A DNA stretch of 64,000 nt from a virus, in IMG/VR virus record IMGVR_UViG_3300013130_002194, positions 4,472-68,471 of that record. One strand, 5' to 3'. How positions within the stretch are numbered: position 1 is the stretch's first letter; the number at the start of each line of letters is the position of its first letter. Shown in pieces: positions 37,659 to 47,593 of this stretch. Below the pieces are notes generated by a model that had not been told where the DNA came from, searched no databases, and saw only the letters and a list, made by a program, of their open reading frames with translations. A program made the translations under genes and the position numbers.

Positions 37659-38921
37659 ATGATACGCCCTGGTTTTAATGTTCTTGGTCGCCCTAATATT
37701 GGTATGCCACCAATGATTGCAAACAACGCTCTTATTGAATATGAAACAAAGCAACCAAGAAAAGACCTAGTTCAGGCTGAAACTCAATTGCCTAAGAGTG
37801 TAAACTTTTTGGCAGATCATTCTGGTTGTGGTTTTTGGAGATTATTTTGGCCAGCAGATCAACTTAATTCAAGAGTTGAATCTGTAATTATGAATTCATG
37901 CCAAATGATTCATGACGAGCTTTTCTTTAGCACCTTGAAGACAGTTCGTATCCAAAGACAGGCTACTGAGAATCAATACAAATATGTTACTTATCTTGAG
38001 AAAATGAGAGATAAGTTTGGATTTAATCTCGCATATGAGATTGATGACATTATGTTCTATTCTGATATTCCAGAGTATAATAAATTTAAGCCAGGCTTTA
38101 GCGACCCTAAGATCGCAGAATTCTGTACTAAGATCATGCAGACCTGTAATGAGATCACAACTACTAATAAGTTCATTGGAGACTATTATGCTGATAAGAC
38201 TGGTAATAAGAATGTAACTGTTATTCCAAATTACCCACCTCGCTGGTGGATTGGTAATCACTATGATGAAAAGAAAATTAGTCAAAACTTCGACAAGAAC
38301 CGCAAAAAGCCTCGTATCCTTTATGCAGGTTCTGGTGCTCACATTGATGTTGAAGGTCGTTGCAAATACAAAGACGACTTCTATCATGTCAATGAGATTG
38401 TTAGAAAAACAATAAACGAATTTCAATGGGTCTTTTTTGGAGCCTTGCCAATACCTCTTGTTGATCTCTACAAGTCTGGCAAGATTGAATTTCACAATTG
38501 GACTAAGCTGTATGACTTCCCTGATAAAATTGCTAGTCTTAATGCGCAATTAATGATTGCTCCTTTGCAGGATAATGTCTTTAATCAAGGCAAGAGCGAT
38601 ATTAAGCTCATTGAAGCTGGAGCCTTTGGCGCCCCAGTTATTTGCCAAGATTTGGTTACCTACAAAGATGCAGACTTTAAATTTAAGACTGGTGATGATT
38701 TAGTTGATCAAATTAGAAAAGTTTTGAAGCATAAAGATGATTATATGAAGTCTTCTAGAAAGCATAGGGCTCGTTCTGAAAGACGCTTTCTTGAGAACCC
38801 TGAAAATTTAGGCAAGTGGAAAGAAATGTATCATTACAAGTACGGAGCTGCTGAAAGAAAGCTTCTAAATGAATTCAACGGAATAGCTTGCGTTCCTGCG
38901 AGGGCTAGCGTATCATCATGA
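37659..38921 (+). CDS. GT-B glycosyltransferase
   Basis: SGCGFWR..WP, YEIDD, IAPLQDN.FN.GKSDIKLIEAG. Confidence 0.8.
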   Translation: MIRPGFNVLGRPNIGMPPMIANNALIEYETKQPRKDLVQAETQLPKSVNFLADHSGCGFWRLFWPADQLNSRVESVIMNSCQMIHDELFFSTLKTVRIQRQATENQYKYVTYLEKMRDKFGFNLAYEIDDIMFYSDIPEYNKFKPGFSDPKIAEFCTKIMQTCNEITTTNKFIGDYYADKTGNKNVTVIPNYPPRWWIGNHYDEKKISQNFDKNRKKPRILYAGSGAHIDVEGRCKYKDDFYHVNEIVRKTINEFQWVFFGALPIPLVDLYKSGKIEFHNWTKLYDFPDKIASLNAQLMIAPLQDNVFNQGKSDIKLIEAGAFGAPVICQDLVTYKDADFKFKTGDDLVDQIRKVLKHKDDYMKSSRKHRARSERRFLENPENLGKWKEMYHYKYGAAERKLLNEFNGIACVPARASVSS

Positions 38922-38925
38922 TACA

Positions 38926-41532
38926 ATGTATAGAAACGTAGCATATCGACAGCAAAATGGAGAAGGTGTTGTCTATCATTTCACGTGGGACGAAAACGGT
39001 AAACGGATTGTCACAGAACATACCGTTCGTCCCTATTATTATCGTGAAACAACTAGTGGGCGATCGACTCACACGAGCATCTATAATACTAAGCTTGAAA
39101 AGGTTAGCTTTGATACTGAGTATGATCGTAATACTTCTATTCGCTCAAAGGGTGGAGAAGATCGAGGAGTTATACGAGTTTATGAAAATCTTCGTGTTGA
39201 GCACCAATTCTTAGTCGACTACTATTGGAAGAACTGGAATAATATTAATCCAGTTGAAATGCCTCTCAAGACCTGGTTTCTTGATATCGAGGTGTACTCC
39301 CCAGACGAATTCCCTGAGGCTTCTAAGGCAGCTCATCCTGTTAATGTAATTACGATTTATGATACTCTTAAAGAGAAATACTTCTCTTGGGGTTATAAAG
39401 AGTATACCTCTAAGTCTGCTGACCATGAATACTTTTTGTGTACTGATGAACGAGACATGTTCAAGAAGTTTCTTGACTTTGAGGCTCTAGATTATCCTGA
39501 TATTATCTCTGGTTGGAACTCAGAGTTTTTTGACTTGCCTTACTTGATCAATCGTTTGGCTTTGCTCTTCGATGAAGAAGAACCTAAGCGCTTGTCTCCT
39601 GTTGGACGTCTTCGCGCTCGTGAGATTAGAACTGCATTTGGAAAGCTTCAGACTAAGTGGGGTATTGAAGGTATTTCTTGCGTAGACTATATTGAGTTGT
39701 ATAAGACATTTACTCAGCAACCTCGTGAGAGTTATAAGTTGAATGCTATTGCTCAGCTTGAATTAGGCGAGGCTAAGATTGACTATGGTGAGTCTAATCT
39801 TGCATCTTTGGCTGAGAAGAACTGGGAGCTATTTATTGATTATAACGTTCAAGACGTTAAGCTGCTTGTTAAGCTCGATCAGGCTAAGATGTATGTTAAG
39901 CTACTTCGTACTTTAGCATTCGTTGGACTTACTCCTCTTGAGAATGCCCTTGGTACTATTTCGACTGTAACTGGTGCAGCTATCATTGAGGCTCGTAAGA
40001 ACAACGTTGTTATTCCGACATTTGTAAGAACTGATGATGAACGAGCTGAGAAGTACGAAGGGGCATATGTAAGTGACCCTCAAAAGGGTTTTCAAGATTA
40101 TGTTGTATCTTTCGATGCTAACTCGCTGTACCCTTCAGTCATGATTTCACTTAATCTCTCGCCAGAGACTAAGTTCGGTAGTATTGTATCTAAGAACAAA
40201 GATTACGTTGTTGTAAGGGATGTTAACAATAGTGAATATAAGTTGACTCCAACTAAGTTCTTGGCTTTCTGTCAGAAAGAAGGTATTGCTATTACTAAGG
40301 CTGATAAACTATTCTTGCAGAATAAGAAAGGTATCTTTCCAACTATTACTGAGAGGTTTTGGCGAGTTCGTCAAGACTATAAGAAGCAATGGGACAAGAC
40401 TCGGGCTCAACAATCTAAGTTTGATAAGAATTCTGAAGATTATAAGAAGCTTAGTATTGAGGTTGAACGTCTTTGGATTCAGCAACTTACTTATAAGATT
40501 TTGATTAATCGTATTTACGGTTACTTTGGTAACAAGAGTTCACCAATGGGTGATCCTGATATTGCTCGTTCAATTACTCTTACTGGTCAAGGGGTTATTA
40601 AGAAGAGTAATGAGATTCTTAGAAAGTATATTAAGGATAAAACCGGTATGACTGATCAAGAGATTGAGAAGTTTGATCCAGTTATCTATAACGATACTGA
40701 CTCGGTGTATATTACAATTAAAGAAATCGTTAAACGTAATAAGATTAATTTTTTTAACGGTAAAGAAATCTCAGCTGAGATATACAATATTGTAAATGAT
40801 ATTGAATCTGTCTTGAATAAAGAGATTGTTGATTGGGCTAAGAACTGCCTAAACTCTAAAGACCCTTGGTTTAAGTTCAAGCGAGAGTCTATTTGTGATA
40901 CTGGCTTATTCTTGCAGAAGAAGCGCTATGTATTGCATAAGCTTGATGACGAAGGTCTTAAGTGTAACAAGTTTAAGTATACTGGAGTTGAGGTTGTGAG
41001 ATCTACAATGCCGAATCCGATCAAGCCATTGGTCAAGAAGTTAATTGAGACCTTGATATTAACTAAGAGTTATCCGGAGACTAACAAGCTGTTTAATGAG
41101 ACTTATGCTGTGTTTAAGGAGCTACCTATTGAGAGCTATGCACAGGTAATGGGTGTATCTAATTACGATCACTATGCATTTAAGTGTCAAGGCTTTAAGA
41201 CTGTTAAGGGTATGCCTTATCATGTTAAGTCGGCTTATTTTTATAACTTGTTGTTAGATAAGCTTAACTTGAAGCACAAGTATGAGCCAATTGTATCAGG
41301 TGATAAGATTCGATTTATTCGAGTTGAACAACCTAATAAGTTTGGTGTTAAAACAATTGCTTATAAGTACAACTTCCCAGAAGAGTTTAAAGAGTTTCTC
41401 AAGCCTGATGTTGATATGATGTTTGAGAAGATTGTAAGCAATGTTATTGAGAGATTTTATGAAGCTGTCGACTTTAAGTTCGCACCCCCTGGACAGCAAC
41501 TCAAGGCTAATTTGTTTGAGTTGTTCTCTTGA
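38926..41532 (+). CDS. gp43: Family B DNA polymerase
   Basis: ExoI DIE, GWNSEFFD, YNVQD; SFDANSLYPS, KILINRIYG, YNDTDS, KKRY. Confidence 0.97.
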   Translation: MYRNVAYRQQNGEGVVYHFTWDENGKRIVTEHTVRPYYYRETTSGRSTHTSIYNTKLEKVSFDTEYDRNTSIRSKGGEDRGVIRVYENLRVEHQFLVDYYWKNWNNINPVEMPLKTWFLDIEVYSPDEFPEASKAAHPVNVITIYDTLKEKYFSWGYKEYTSKSADHEYFLCTDERDMFKKFLDFEALDYPDIISGWNSEFFDLPYLINRLALLFDEEEPKRLSPVGRLRAREIRTAFGKLQTKWGIEGISCVDYIELYKTFTQQPRESYKLNAIAQLELGEAKIDYGESNLASLAEKNWELFIDYNVQDVKLLVKLDQAKMYVKLLRTLAFVGLTPLENALGTISTVTGAAIIEARKNNVVIPTFVRTDDERAEKYEGAYVSDPQKGFQDYVVSFDANSLYPSVMISLNLSPETKFGSIVSKNKDYVVVRDVNNSEYKLTPTKFLAFCQKEGIAITKADKLFLQNKKGIFPTITERFWRVRQDYKKQWDKTRAQQSKFDKNSEDYKKLSIEVERLWIQQLTYKILINRIYGYFGNKSSPMGDPDIARSITLTGQGVIKKSNEILRKYIKDKTGMTDQEIEKFDPVIYNDTDSVYITIKEIVKRNKINFFNGKEISAEIYNIVNDIESVLNKEIVDWAKNCLNSKDPWFKFKRESICDTGLFLQKKRYVLHKLDDEGLKCNKFKYTGVEVVRSTMPNPIKPLVKKLIETLILTKSYPETNKLFNETYAVFKELPIESYAQVMGVSNYDHYAFKCQGFKTVKGMPYHVKSAYFYNLLLDKLNLKHKYEPIVSGDKIRFIRVEQPNKFGVKTIAYKYNFPEEFKEFLKPDVDMMFEKIVSNVIERFYEAVDFKFAPPGQQLKANLFELFS

Positions 41533-41558
41533 ATTCATAAAAAAAGCCTTTAAATATT

Positions 41559-41945
41559 ATGAGTATGGAAAAGAAAAACCTAATTGTATTCGTTGACAAC
41601 GTTGGCCGTAACATCTATGGTGAGCTCGTTTTACGTGAAGAAAAGTATTTCTTCGTTAAAAATCCAGCCATCATAAATATTGTGCCGAACCCTAGCTCTG
41701 GCCAGCTTCAGGTCCAGGTGTTGCCTTACTTCTTTGGAGAGTTTCTAAAGAACAAGGAAGAGCCTAAGACTGTTTGGAAGTTTAGCTTTAAGAGCGTGGT
41801 GGAGGCAACAGAACTCGACTTGGATGAAAAGTTGGTCAGCCAGTACGAGAGAATGTTTAGCAACTCCAAGATCATTACCCCTGACAAGCAGGTAACTCCT
41901 GCTGCTGCAGGTACTGCCGCTAAAGTTGTTAAACTATTTGAATAA
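41559..41945 (+). CDS. Hypothetical protein (conserved T4-like replication-cluster type)
   Basis: 128 aa between gp43 and uvsX. Confidence 0.6.
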   Translation: MSMEKKNLIVFVDNVGRNIYGELVLREEKYFFVKNPAIINIVPNPSSGQLQVQVLPYFFGEFLKNKEEPKTVWKFSFKSVVEATELDLDEKLVSQYERMFSNSKIITPDKQVTPAAAGTAAKVVKLFE

Positions 41946-41971
41946 CAAATAGAAAACAATATAATAGAAAT

Positions 41972-43069
41972 ATGAGTAAAGAAACGCAAAAAGCAATTGA
42001 TAACGTATTTGAAGCATTAAACAAAATTAATCCTGAAGCAAACTATCTTTCAGAACAAACGCTTTCTGAAGTTAGTGAATTTATCGATACAGGCTGTTAT
42101 GTACTTAACGCCATTATGTCAGGTTCTCTCCTAACTGGAGGTATTCCAAAGGGCCGAATCACAGGGTTCATTGGACCATCCCAGACAGGTAAGACCTATA
42201 TTATCAACAAGATTCTAGGCAATGCCCAGAAGAAGGGAATGATTCCAGTCATTTTCGATACTGAAATTGCTGTTGAGAGTCGTGGCGCAGAAAATGTTGG
42301 TCTTGATCCTAAAAAGACTAAGCATGTACCTGTTGATACTGTTGAAAATTGCCGCAATCAGATCTTTGCTCTACTCGATGGTATTGAGAAGAATCCTAGT
42401 TTAAAGGGCAAGTTTATTATTAGCATTGATTCGCTAGGTAACTTGTCTGCACAGAAAGAACTCAATGACGCTGAGGCTGGTAAGTCAGCTGGTGACATGG
42501 GTTTAAGAGCCAAGCAATTGAAGTCAATGCTAAGAACTTTGACTTACAAGGCTGCTCGTTCTGGTACTACTATTCTATTCAGTAACCATACTTACGATGA
42601 CCCTGCCGCTATGTATCCAACTCTTGTAAAGAAGCAGTCTGGTGGCTCTGGTCCGATTTACATGGCTAGTTTGCTTGTGCAATTAGCCAGCCGTTCTGAA
42701 AAGCAGGACGATAAAAACGAAAACGATAAGATGCTTCCTGAGGCTAAAAACTATAGTGGTGTTACTCTCAGAGCTCTTACTGTTAAAAACAGATTTGTGC
42801 CTCCTTATCTTGAAGCAGAAATGTATCTGAACTTCCTGACTGGCCTTGATAAGTATGCTGGTATTCTTAATATGGCTGTTAACCATGGTGTTATTATCCA
42901 AACTGGGAGTACGTATACTTTGCCAGATGGAACCAAGTTAGGTTACTATAGCAAATTTAAGGAGGACAAAAATTTCTGGGACAATAAAATCATACCAGAA
43001 GTAGAAAAGATAATTCAGAAAAAATACAAATACGGTAACTCCAGCTCAGATGCTAGCATCGAATTATAA
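41972..43069 (+). CDS. uvsX: RecA-like recombinase
   Basis: IDTG...LN, GPSQTGKT, FDTE, IDSLG, NHTY, SGG, KNRF. Confidence 0.93.
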   Translation: MSKETQKAIDNVFEALNKINPEANYLSEQTLSEVSEFIDTGCYVLNAIMSGSLLTGGIPKGRITGFIGPSQTGKTYIINKILGNAQKKGMIPVIFDTEIAVESRGAENVGLDPKKTKHVPVDTVENCRNQIFALLDGIEKNPSLKGKFIISIDSLGNLSAQKELNDAEAGKSAGDMGLRAKQLKSMLRTLTYKAARSGTTILFSNHTYDDPAAMYPTLVKKQSGGSGPIYMASLLVQLASRSEKQDDKNENDKMLPEAKNYSGVTLRALTVKNRFVPPYLEAEMYLNFLTGLDKYAGILNMAVNHGVIIQTGSTYTLPDGTKLGYYSKFKEDKNFWDNKIIPEVEKIIQKKYKYGNSSSDASIEL

Positions 43070-43104
43070 TGATGAGTTGCCTGATGAAGAAGGAGGTGAA
43101 GAAA

Positions 43105-43176
43105 ATGGCCAAGACTAAGGAAACCCCCAAGACTAAGGAACCCCCCAAGAAGGAAACCCCCAAGAAGGGTAAGTAA
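43105..43176 (+). CDS. 23-aa Lys/Pro-rich repeat micro-protein (not in ORF track)
   Basis: MAKTKETPKTKEPPKKETPKKGK*, preceded by AAGGAGGTGA, followed by a terminator-like hairpin. Confidence 0.5.
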   Translation: MAKTKETPKTKEPPKKETPKKGK

Positions 43177-43185
43177 GTTTAACGA

Positions 43186-43230
43186 AAAGGGGCAACAAAG
43201 TAAAATCTTGTTGCCCTTAATTTTGTTTTC
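43186..43230 (+). terminator. Hairpin/intrinsic terminator overlapping the -35 of the queC promoter
   Basis: GGGCAACAA...TTGTTGCCC followed by a T-rich tract. Confidence 0.6.
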
Positions 43231-43239
43231 ATATATACT
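43211..43239 (+). promoter_or_regulatory. sigma70-like promoter TTGCCC-N17-TATACT, 6 nt before the queC ATG
   Basis: Direct reading. Confidence 0.6.
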
Positions 43240-43245
43240 CTGTGT

Positions 43246-43956
43246 ATGAGTAAATGTGTAATTCCTGTTAGTGGTGGCATTGATTCAACTGTCATGCTTT
43301 ATGATGCTGCTGCATCTAAGACTTATTCAGATATCTTCGCAATTAGTTTTTATTACGGTCAGCGTCATGCTACGAAGGAGCTGGCTTGTGCGACTAAATC
43401 TGTTAACACTTTAAAGGAAAAATATCCAGAAATTAATATCTATCACCGAACCATTGATCTAAGCTTCTTCGGTGAGATTGCTATTAGCTCTTCAATTACA
43501 AATTATAGTATTGCTGTTGCTCAGACTAAAGATGTTCTCGGTGATCCACAACCAGTTAATTATGTACCGTTTCGTAATCTAATGATGCTATCGATTCTTT
43601 GCTCTTTTGCAGAGGCTCATGGTGCTCGAGATGTTTACTATGGTAGCGCTCTTGTTGATTCTCAGGCTGGTTATTGGGATTCTAGTAATGAGTTTTATTT
43701 GAATCTTGCTTCTGTTATTGGTCTCAATCGCAAGACTAAACTTTCTATTATTACCCCATTGATTAAGCTTGATAAGAAAGATATTATCAAGTTGGGTGAT
43801 GAGCGTGGGGTTGACTTTAAGAGTACCTGGACTTGTTATGAAGGTAAAGAACAAGCCTGTGGGTATTGCCCGGCCTGCTCTAGTCGTATCAAAGGCTTTA
43901 TGGATTATATGATGGTTGACCCTATTGAATACAGCCGAGTGATTAAATTTATCTAA
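43246..43956 (+). CDS. queC: 7-cyano-7-deazaguanine synthase
   Basis: SGGIDST, YGQRH..E, YVPFRN, TWTCY.G...CG.CPAC..R. Confidence 0.93.
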   Translation: MSKCVIPVSGGIDSTVMLYDAAASKTYSDIFAISFYYGQRHATKELACATKSVNTLKEKYPEINIYHRTIDLSFFGEIAISSSITNYSIAVAQTKDVLGDPQPVNYVPFRNLMMLSILCSFAEAHGARDVYYGSALVDSQAGYWDSSNEFYLNLASVIGLNRKTKLSIITPLIKLDKKDIIKLGDERGVDFKSTWTCYEGKEQACGYCPACSSRIKGFMDYMMVDPIEYSRVIKFI

Positions 43957-43957
43957 T

Positions 43958-44608
43958 ATGTGTGCAATATTTGGTTCTTCTTGTAAAGAAAAATTTGTTA
44001 AACTATACGAGTTAAATAAACCTAGAGGGGTATCAGCTTCTAGCTATTTAACTATTACTGAAGGTGGCTGGATTGATTGTTACAAGAGCGCTGGTGCATT
44101 CGATGTAAATAGGTTGAAACCTAGTAAGTATTATCTTGGCCATTGCCAGGCTCCGACTACAGTTAATCAAGAATTTAACTCTGAACTAGCTCACCCGTTT
44201 TATTGGAATCGCTTTTATGTAGCTCACAATGGTATTATTACCAATGTGGAAGAGCTATGTAAAGAGTTTTTTATTAAGTTCGAAGACATTAAAGTTGACT
44301 CTAGTATCATTCCTGCTTTAATTGGTTATTTTTATTATAAAAAGAACTCTGATCAACCTCAAGACATTATTAACCGTGTTGCTGAGTTGCTCAAAGGTAC
44401 TTTTGCTTGTTATATTATAGATGATAGATCTAATCGAGTATTTCTCATTCGATCAGGTTCTACATTGTTCTATGATCAAGACGGCAACATATCTTCTACT
44501 AAATTCGAAAAAGCTTTACCTTTTCAAGAAGGTAGAGTAGGAGAGATTGTTAATAACAAGATTATCCTTCACAATAACTTTATTTGTAATTCTCCATTTT
44601 TTATATGA
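43958..44608 (+). CDS. Class II glutamine amidotransferase (stand-alone Gat)
   Basis: N-terminal MCAIFG (Ntn Cys), RG, GH.QAPT, HPF, AHNGII.N, VDS, G.FA. Confidence 0.85.
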   Translation: MCAIFGSSCKEKFVKLYELNKPRGVSASSYLTITEGGWIDCYKSAGAFDVNRLKPSKYYLGHCQAPTTVNQEFNSELAHPFYWNRFYVAHNGIITNVEELCKEFFIKFEDIKVDSSIIPALIGYFYYKKNSDQPQDIINRVAELLKGTFACYIIDDRSNRVFLIRSGSTLFYDQDGNISSTKFEKALPFQEGRVGEIVNNKIILHNNFICNSPFFI

Positions 44609-45339
44609 AAATTCTATTTTATACTTGTACTAAACAGAACGTAGATGCATTTCTTAAGTTCTCTCCATTGATTAAATGTCTTGGTATGGGCAATAAGTTA
44701 CCTTATAAGCAAAAGAAAGCCTCTCTTAACGAACCTCTTGAACTTAATTATAAGTTTAAGAATCTTCGTTACGGGGCTGATTTAATTGTCTGGACTGAAA
44801 ATACTGATAGTCTCAGTATTCAATATAATAAGGCTAAGAAGTATTATGATCAATACGATGCTATTATCTTCTTGCATGATGATGTGTTTATTACTGATGC
44901 ATTCTTGATTGAGAAGCTTCAGGTTGCCTTTGCTCAATTCGATGTTGTTGGGTTGGCTGGTGGAGCTGATATTAGTCTTAAGAGCTATGGCTTGTGGCAT
45001 ATGATGTGCGACCCAAAGACCTTTAGTGGTGCAGTTTCACACTTTGATAATTTTGGAAAAGAGTTTGTAACTTCATTTGGCCCTTTTAGTAAGCGTTGTC
45101 TGCTATTGGATGGTCTTTTCTTGGCTGTTAATACTAAGACTACAAAAAATATTAATTGGGACGAAAATGTAAAGTTTCACCATTACGACTTGCTATTCTG
45201 CTTAGAAGCTAATAAACTCAAGCTGAAGCTAGGTACTGCTCCAATTTACGTGACCCACGAATCGCCTGGTCTAAATGGATTTAGTGAGGAGTTTAAGAAG
45301 AGCGACGCTTACTTTAAAGAATACTTTAACAAATACTAA
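44605..45339 (+). CDS. GT-A glycosyltransferase-like protein
   Basis: YN, FLHDDV, VVGLAG, LLDGLFLA, FHHYDL..CL, H.SPG. Confidence 0.75.
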   Translation: MKILFYTCTKQNVDAFLKFSPLIKCLGMGNKLPYKQKKASLNEPLELNYKFKNLRYGADLIVWTENTDSLSIQYNKAKKYYDQYDAIIFLHDDVFITDAFLIEKLQVAFAQFDVVGLAGGADISLKSYGLWHMMCDPKTFSGAVSHFDNFGKEFVTSFGPFSKRCLLLDGLFLAVNTKTTKNINWDENVKFHHYDLLFCLEANKLKLKLGTAPIYVTHESPGLNGFSEEFKKSDAYFKEYFNKY

Positions 45340-46691
45340 TGGAAAAGAAATCAAAAACGAGCAAGATAGATAGCGACTTCTTTGAGTACGTTATTCTATT
45401 TAACTGTCTTACTGATGAGACTTATATGGGTACTGTAGTTGAGTACCTGAAACCAGATCTCTTTAATAGTAAAGATGTTCAGAACATTGTAGAGATTATT
45501 AAGGAGTACTTTAACAAGCGCTCTAATGTACCAACTCTTACTGAAGTTAAGACTTATCTTGTAACCGATGAGCTCAAGAACTCTTTCAAGAGACTTGTTG
45601 AGCAATTCAAGACTCTTGAAAAATCGAATAACAAACAAGAGCTTCTTGAGAATACTGAAAGGTTTATCAAAGAGAAGACTGTGTTTAATACAATGCTCGA
45701 GGTTACAGACATGTGTACCAAGGCAGAAGTTATTGATACAAATATTGTATTAGATAAGTTTGAGCATGCTTGTTCTATCTCGCTTAACAACGAGAAAGGT
45801 CATGATTATTTTGTTGATATTGATAAGCATTGTAAAGATCTAGTCAAGGTAGACAATCATATTAAGACTGGTTGGGAGTGGCTTGATAAGAAGCTCGGTG
45901 GTGGTTTCTTGCAAGATGGTAGAGCGATCTATGTCTTCGCAGGTGAAACTAACGTTGGTAAGAGTATCTTCTTGCAGAATTTGGCTGTTAATATTGCGAA
46001 TCAAAATAAGAGTGTTATTATTTTATCTCTTGAAATGTCTGAGATGGCTTACTGTAAACGTATTTCCTCTAACATTACTCAGATTCCATTTAATGACTTG
46101 CGAAATAATGTTGACAGTCTAAAGCAGACTGTTACTAACAAAAAGCTCAATCTGCCGAGTTCTCGATTGCTTGTTAAGGAGTTCCCTCCTAATACTGTTA
46201 CTCCAGCTCAAATGACTGCATTCATTAAGAAGCTGCAACAGTCTGGGTATAAGTTCGATGCTATTGTTATTGACTATTTGAATCTACTTAATGCTCCGAA
46301 GGGTGATAACTCTTATGAGCGAGTCAAGTATACTTCAGAGCAAGTACGTGCAATGAGCTATGTTTTTAATTGTCCAATCATTACAGCGACTCAGTTGAAT
46401 CGTAGTGGTTACAATCAAGAGAACCCTGGACTAGAGTCTATTAGTGAAAGTATTGGTACTGCTGCTACTGCTGATTGTGTGATTGGTTTGTGGCAGCTCG
46501 ATGAAGATAAAGAGCTTGGTGTTATTAAAATGAGTTTGTTGAAGAACCGTTATGGTCCTAACTATGGTACAATCAACATGAAAATTAACTACCCAACTCT
46601 TACTCTTGAAGAGGATAATACATTGAATGCAGATGAAGAGATTGTAAATACCTCGGAAGCGCTCAAAGCGCTATCTGAAGAAATGACATGA
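45339..46691 (+). CDS. gp41: Replicative DnaB-like helicase
   Basis: GETNVGKS, SLEMSE, VKEFP, IDYLNLL, TATQLNRSG, SESIG..ATAD, KNRYG. Confidence 0.94.
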   Translation: MEKKSKTSKIDSDFFEYVILFNCLTDETYMGTVVEYLKPDLFNSKDVQNIVEIIKEYFNKRSNVPTLTEVKTYLVTDELKNSFKRLVEQFKTLEKSNNKQELLENTERFIKEKTVFNTMLEVTDMCTKAEVIDTNIVLDKFEHACSISLNNEKGHDYFVDIDKHCKDLVKVDNHIKTGWEWLDKKLGGGFLQDGRAIYVFAGETNVGKSIFLQNLAVNIANQNKSVIILSLEMSEMAYCKRISSNITQIPFNDLRNNVDSLKQTVTNKKLNLPSSRLLVKEFPPNTVTPAQMTAFIKKLQQSGYKFDAIVIDYLNLLNAPKGDNSYERVKYTSEQVRAMSYVFNCPIITATQLNRSGYNQENPGLESISESIGTAATADCVIGLWQLDEDKELGVIKMSLLKNRYGPNYGTINMKINYPTLTLEEDNTLNADEEIVNTSEALKALSEEMT

Positions 46692-47593
46692 AAAACGAAC
46701 TGCTAATTATTAATCAAGATTTAGACGGAGCTGGCTGTTATACTGCTTACAGCTGGTTTCATAAAGATGCGCCTGAAGTATTTTTTGTAACACAAAAGAA
46801 AGCTGAAAGTATGATCAAAGGGTTCTTTGATCGCCACTCTTTGCCTGACTTTAAACGAATAACTATAATTGGTTTAGATGTTTCTGGATTTGAAACATAC
46901 ATTGACTGTAAGAATGTAGTCATTATTACAGCTCATAAGAAAATGGTTGAGCTCAACTACAAGTTTAAGCTCGCAACAGCCTTGACTAAGATTGATGGGT
47001 CTTCTACTAGACTAGCCTTTAATATTTTCAAGAAGCTGTATCCTGATATTAAGCCAACAGAGCATCAAAAGCTTTTAATTGTATTAATTGATGATGCAGT
47101 TAGTAAAACCTATGCTTTGAAGCAATCTAAACAACTAGAAACGTTGTATTGGAACTCAAAGTCCTTTGAAAGAGTTTTTAACTTTTATCAAAATTTTAAT
47201 AAAGGATTCTTTCAATTCAATGACTACCAATTGAGACAAATTCAATACTTCCAGAAAAAGTGTGAAACTATTATTGATTCTCTTGCCTTGTACAACACTA
47301 TGTTACCATTCAAGAACAAAAAGTATGTTTTTTATGCTACTTTTGCTGAAGATTGTTTCCAAGAGGTTTCAGATCATATTTTTAACGAATATAATGCAGA
47401 TGTTGTAGCTGTAGTTAGCATGGGGTCTGGTAAGGTATATTTTAGACGTAGCAAAGTTTGTGATGTGAAGCTAAATAACCTAGCTAAAACTCTCTGTGAT
47501 GGTGATGGGTATGAGTATGCCGCTAGTGGTAGCCTAACAGAAAAGTTTGTAGAATTTACAAAACTGTTAAAGCGCCACAAAAGCCAAATATGA
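46688..47593 (+). CDS. Degenerate DHH/DHHA1 phosphoesterase-like protein
   Basis: NQDLDGAG motif I, DHH position reads TAH, DHHA1 GDGYEYAASG. Confidence 0.6.
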   Translation: MKNELLIINQDLDGAGCYTAYSWFHKDAPEVFFVTQKKAESMIKGFFDRHSLPDFKRITIIGLDVSGFETYIDCKNVVIITAHKKMVELNYKFKLATALTKIDGSSTRLAFNIFKKLYPDIKPTEHQKLLIVLIDDAVSKTYALKQSKQLETLYWNSKSFERVFNFYQNFNKGFFQFNDYQLRQIQYFQKKCETIIDSLALYNTMLPFKNKKYVFYATFAEDCFQEVSDHIFNEYNADVVAVVSMGSGKVYFRRSKVCDVKLNNLAKTLCDGDGYEYAASGSLTEKFVEFTKLLKRHKSQI

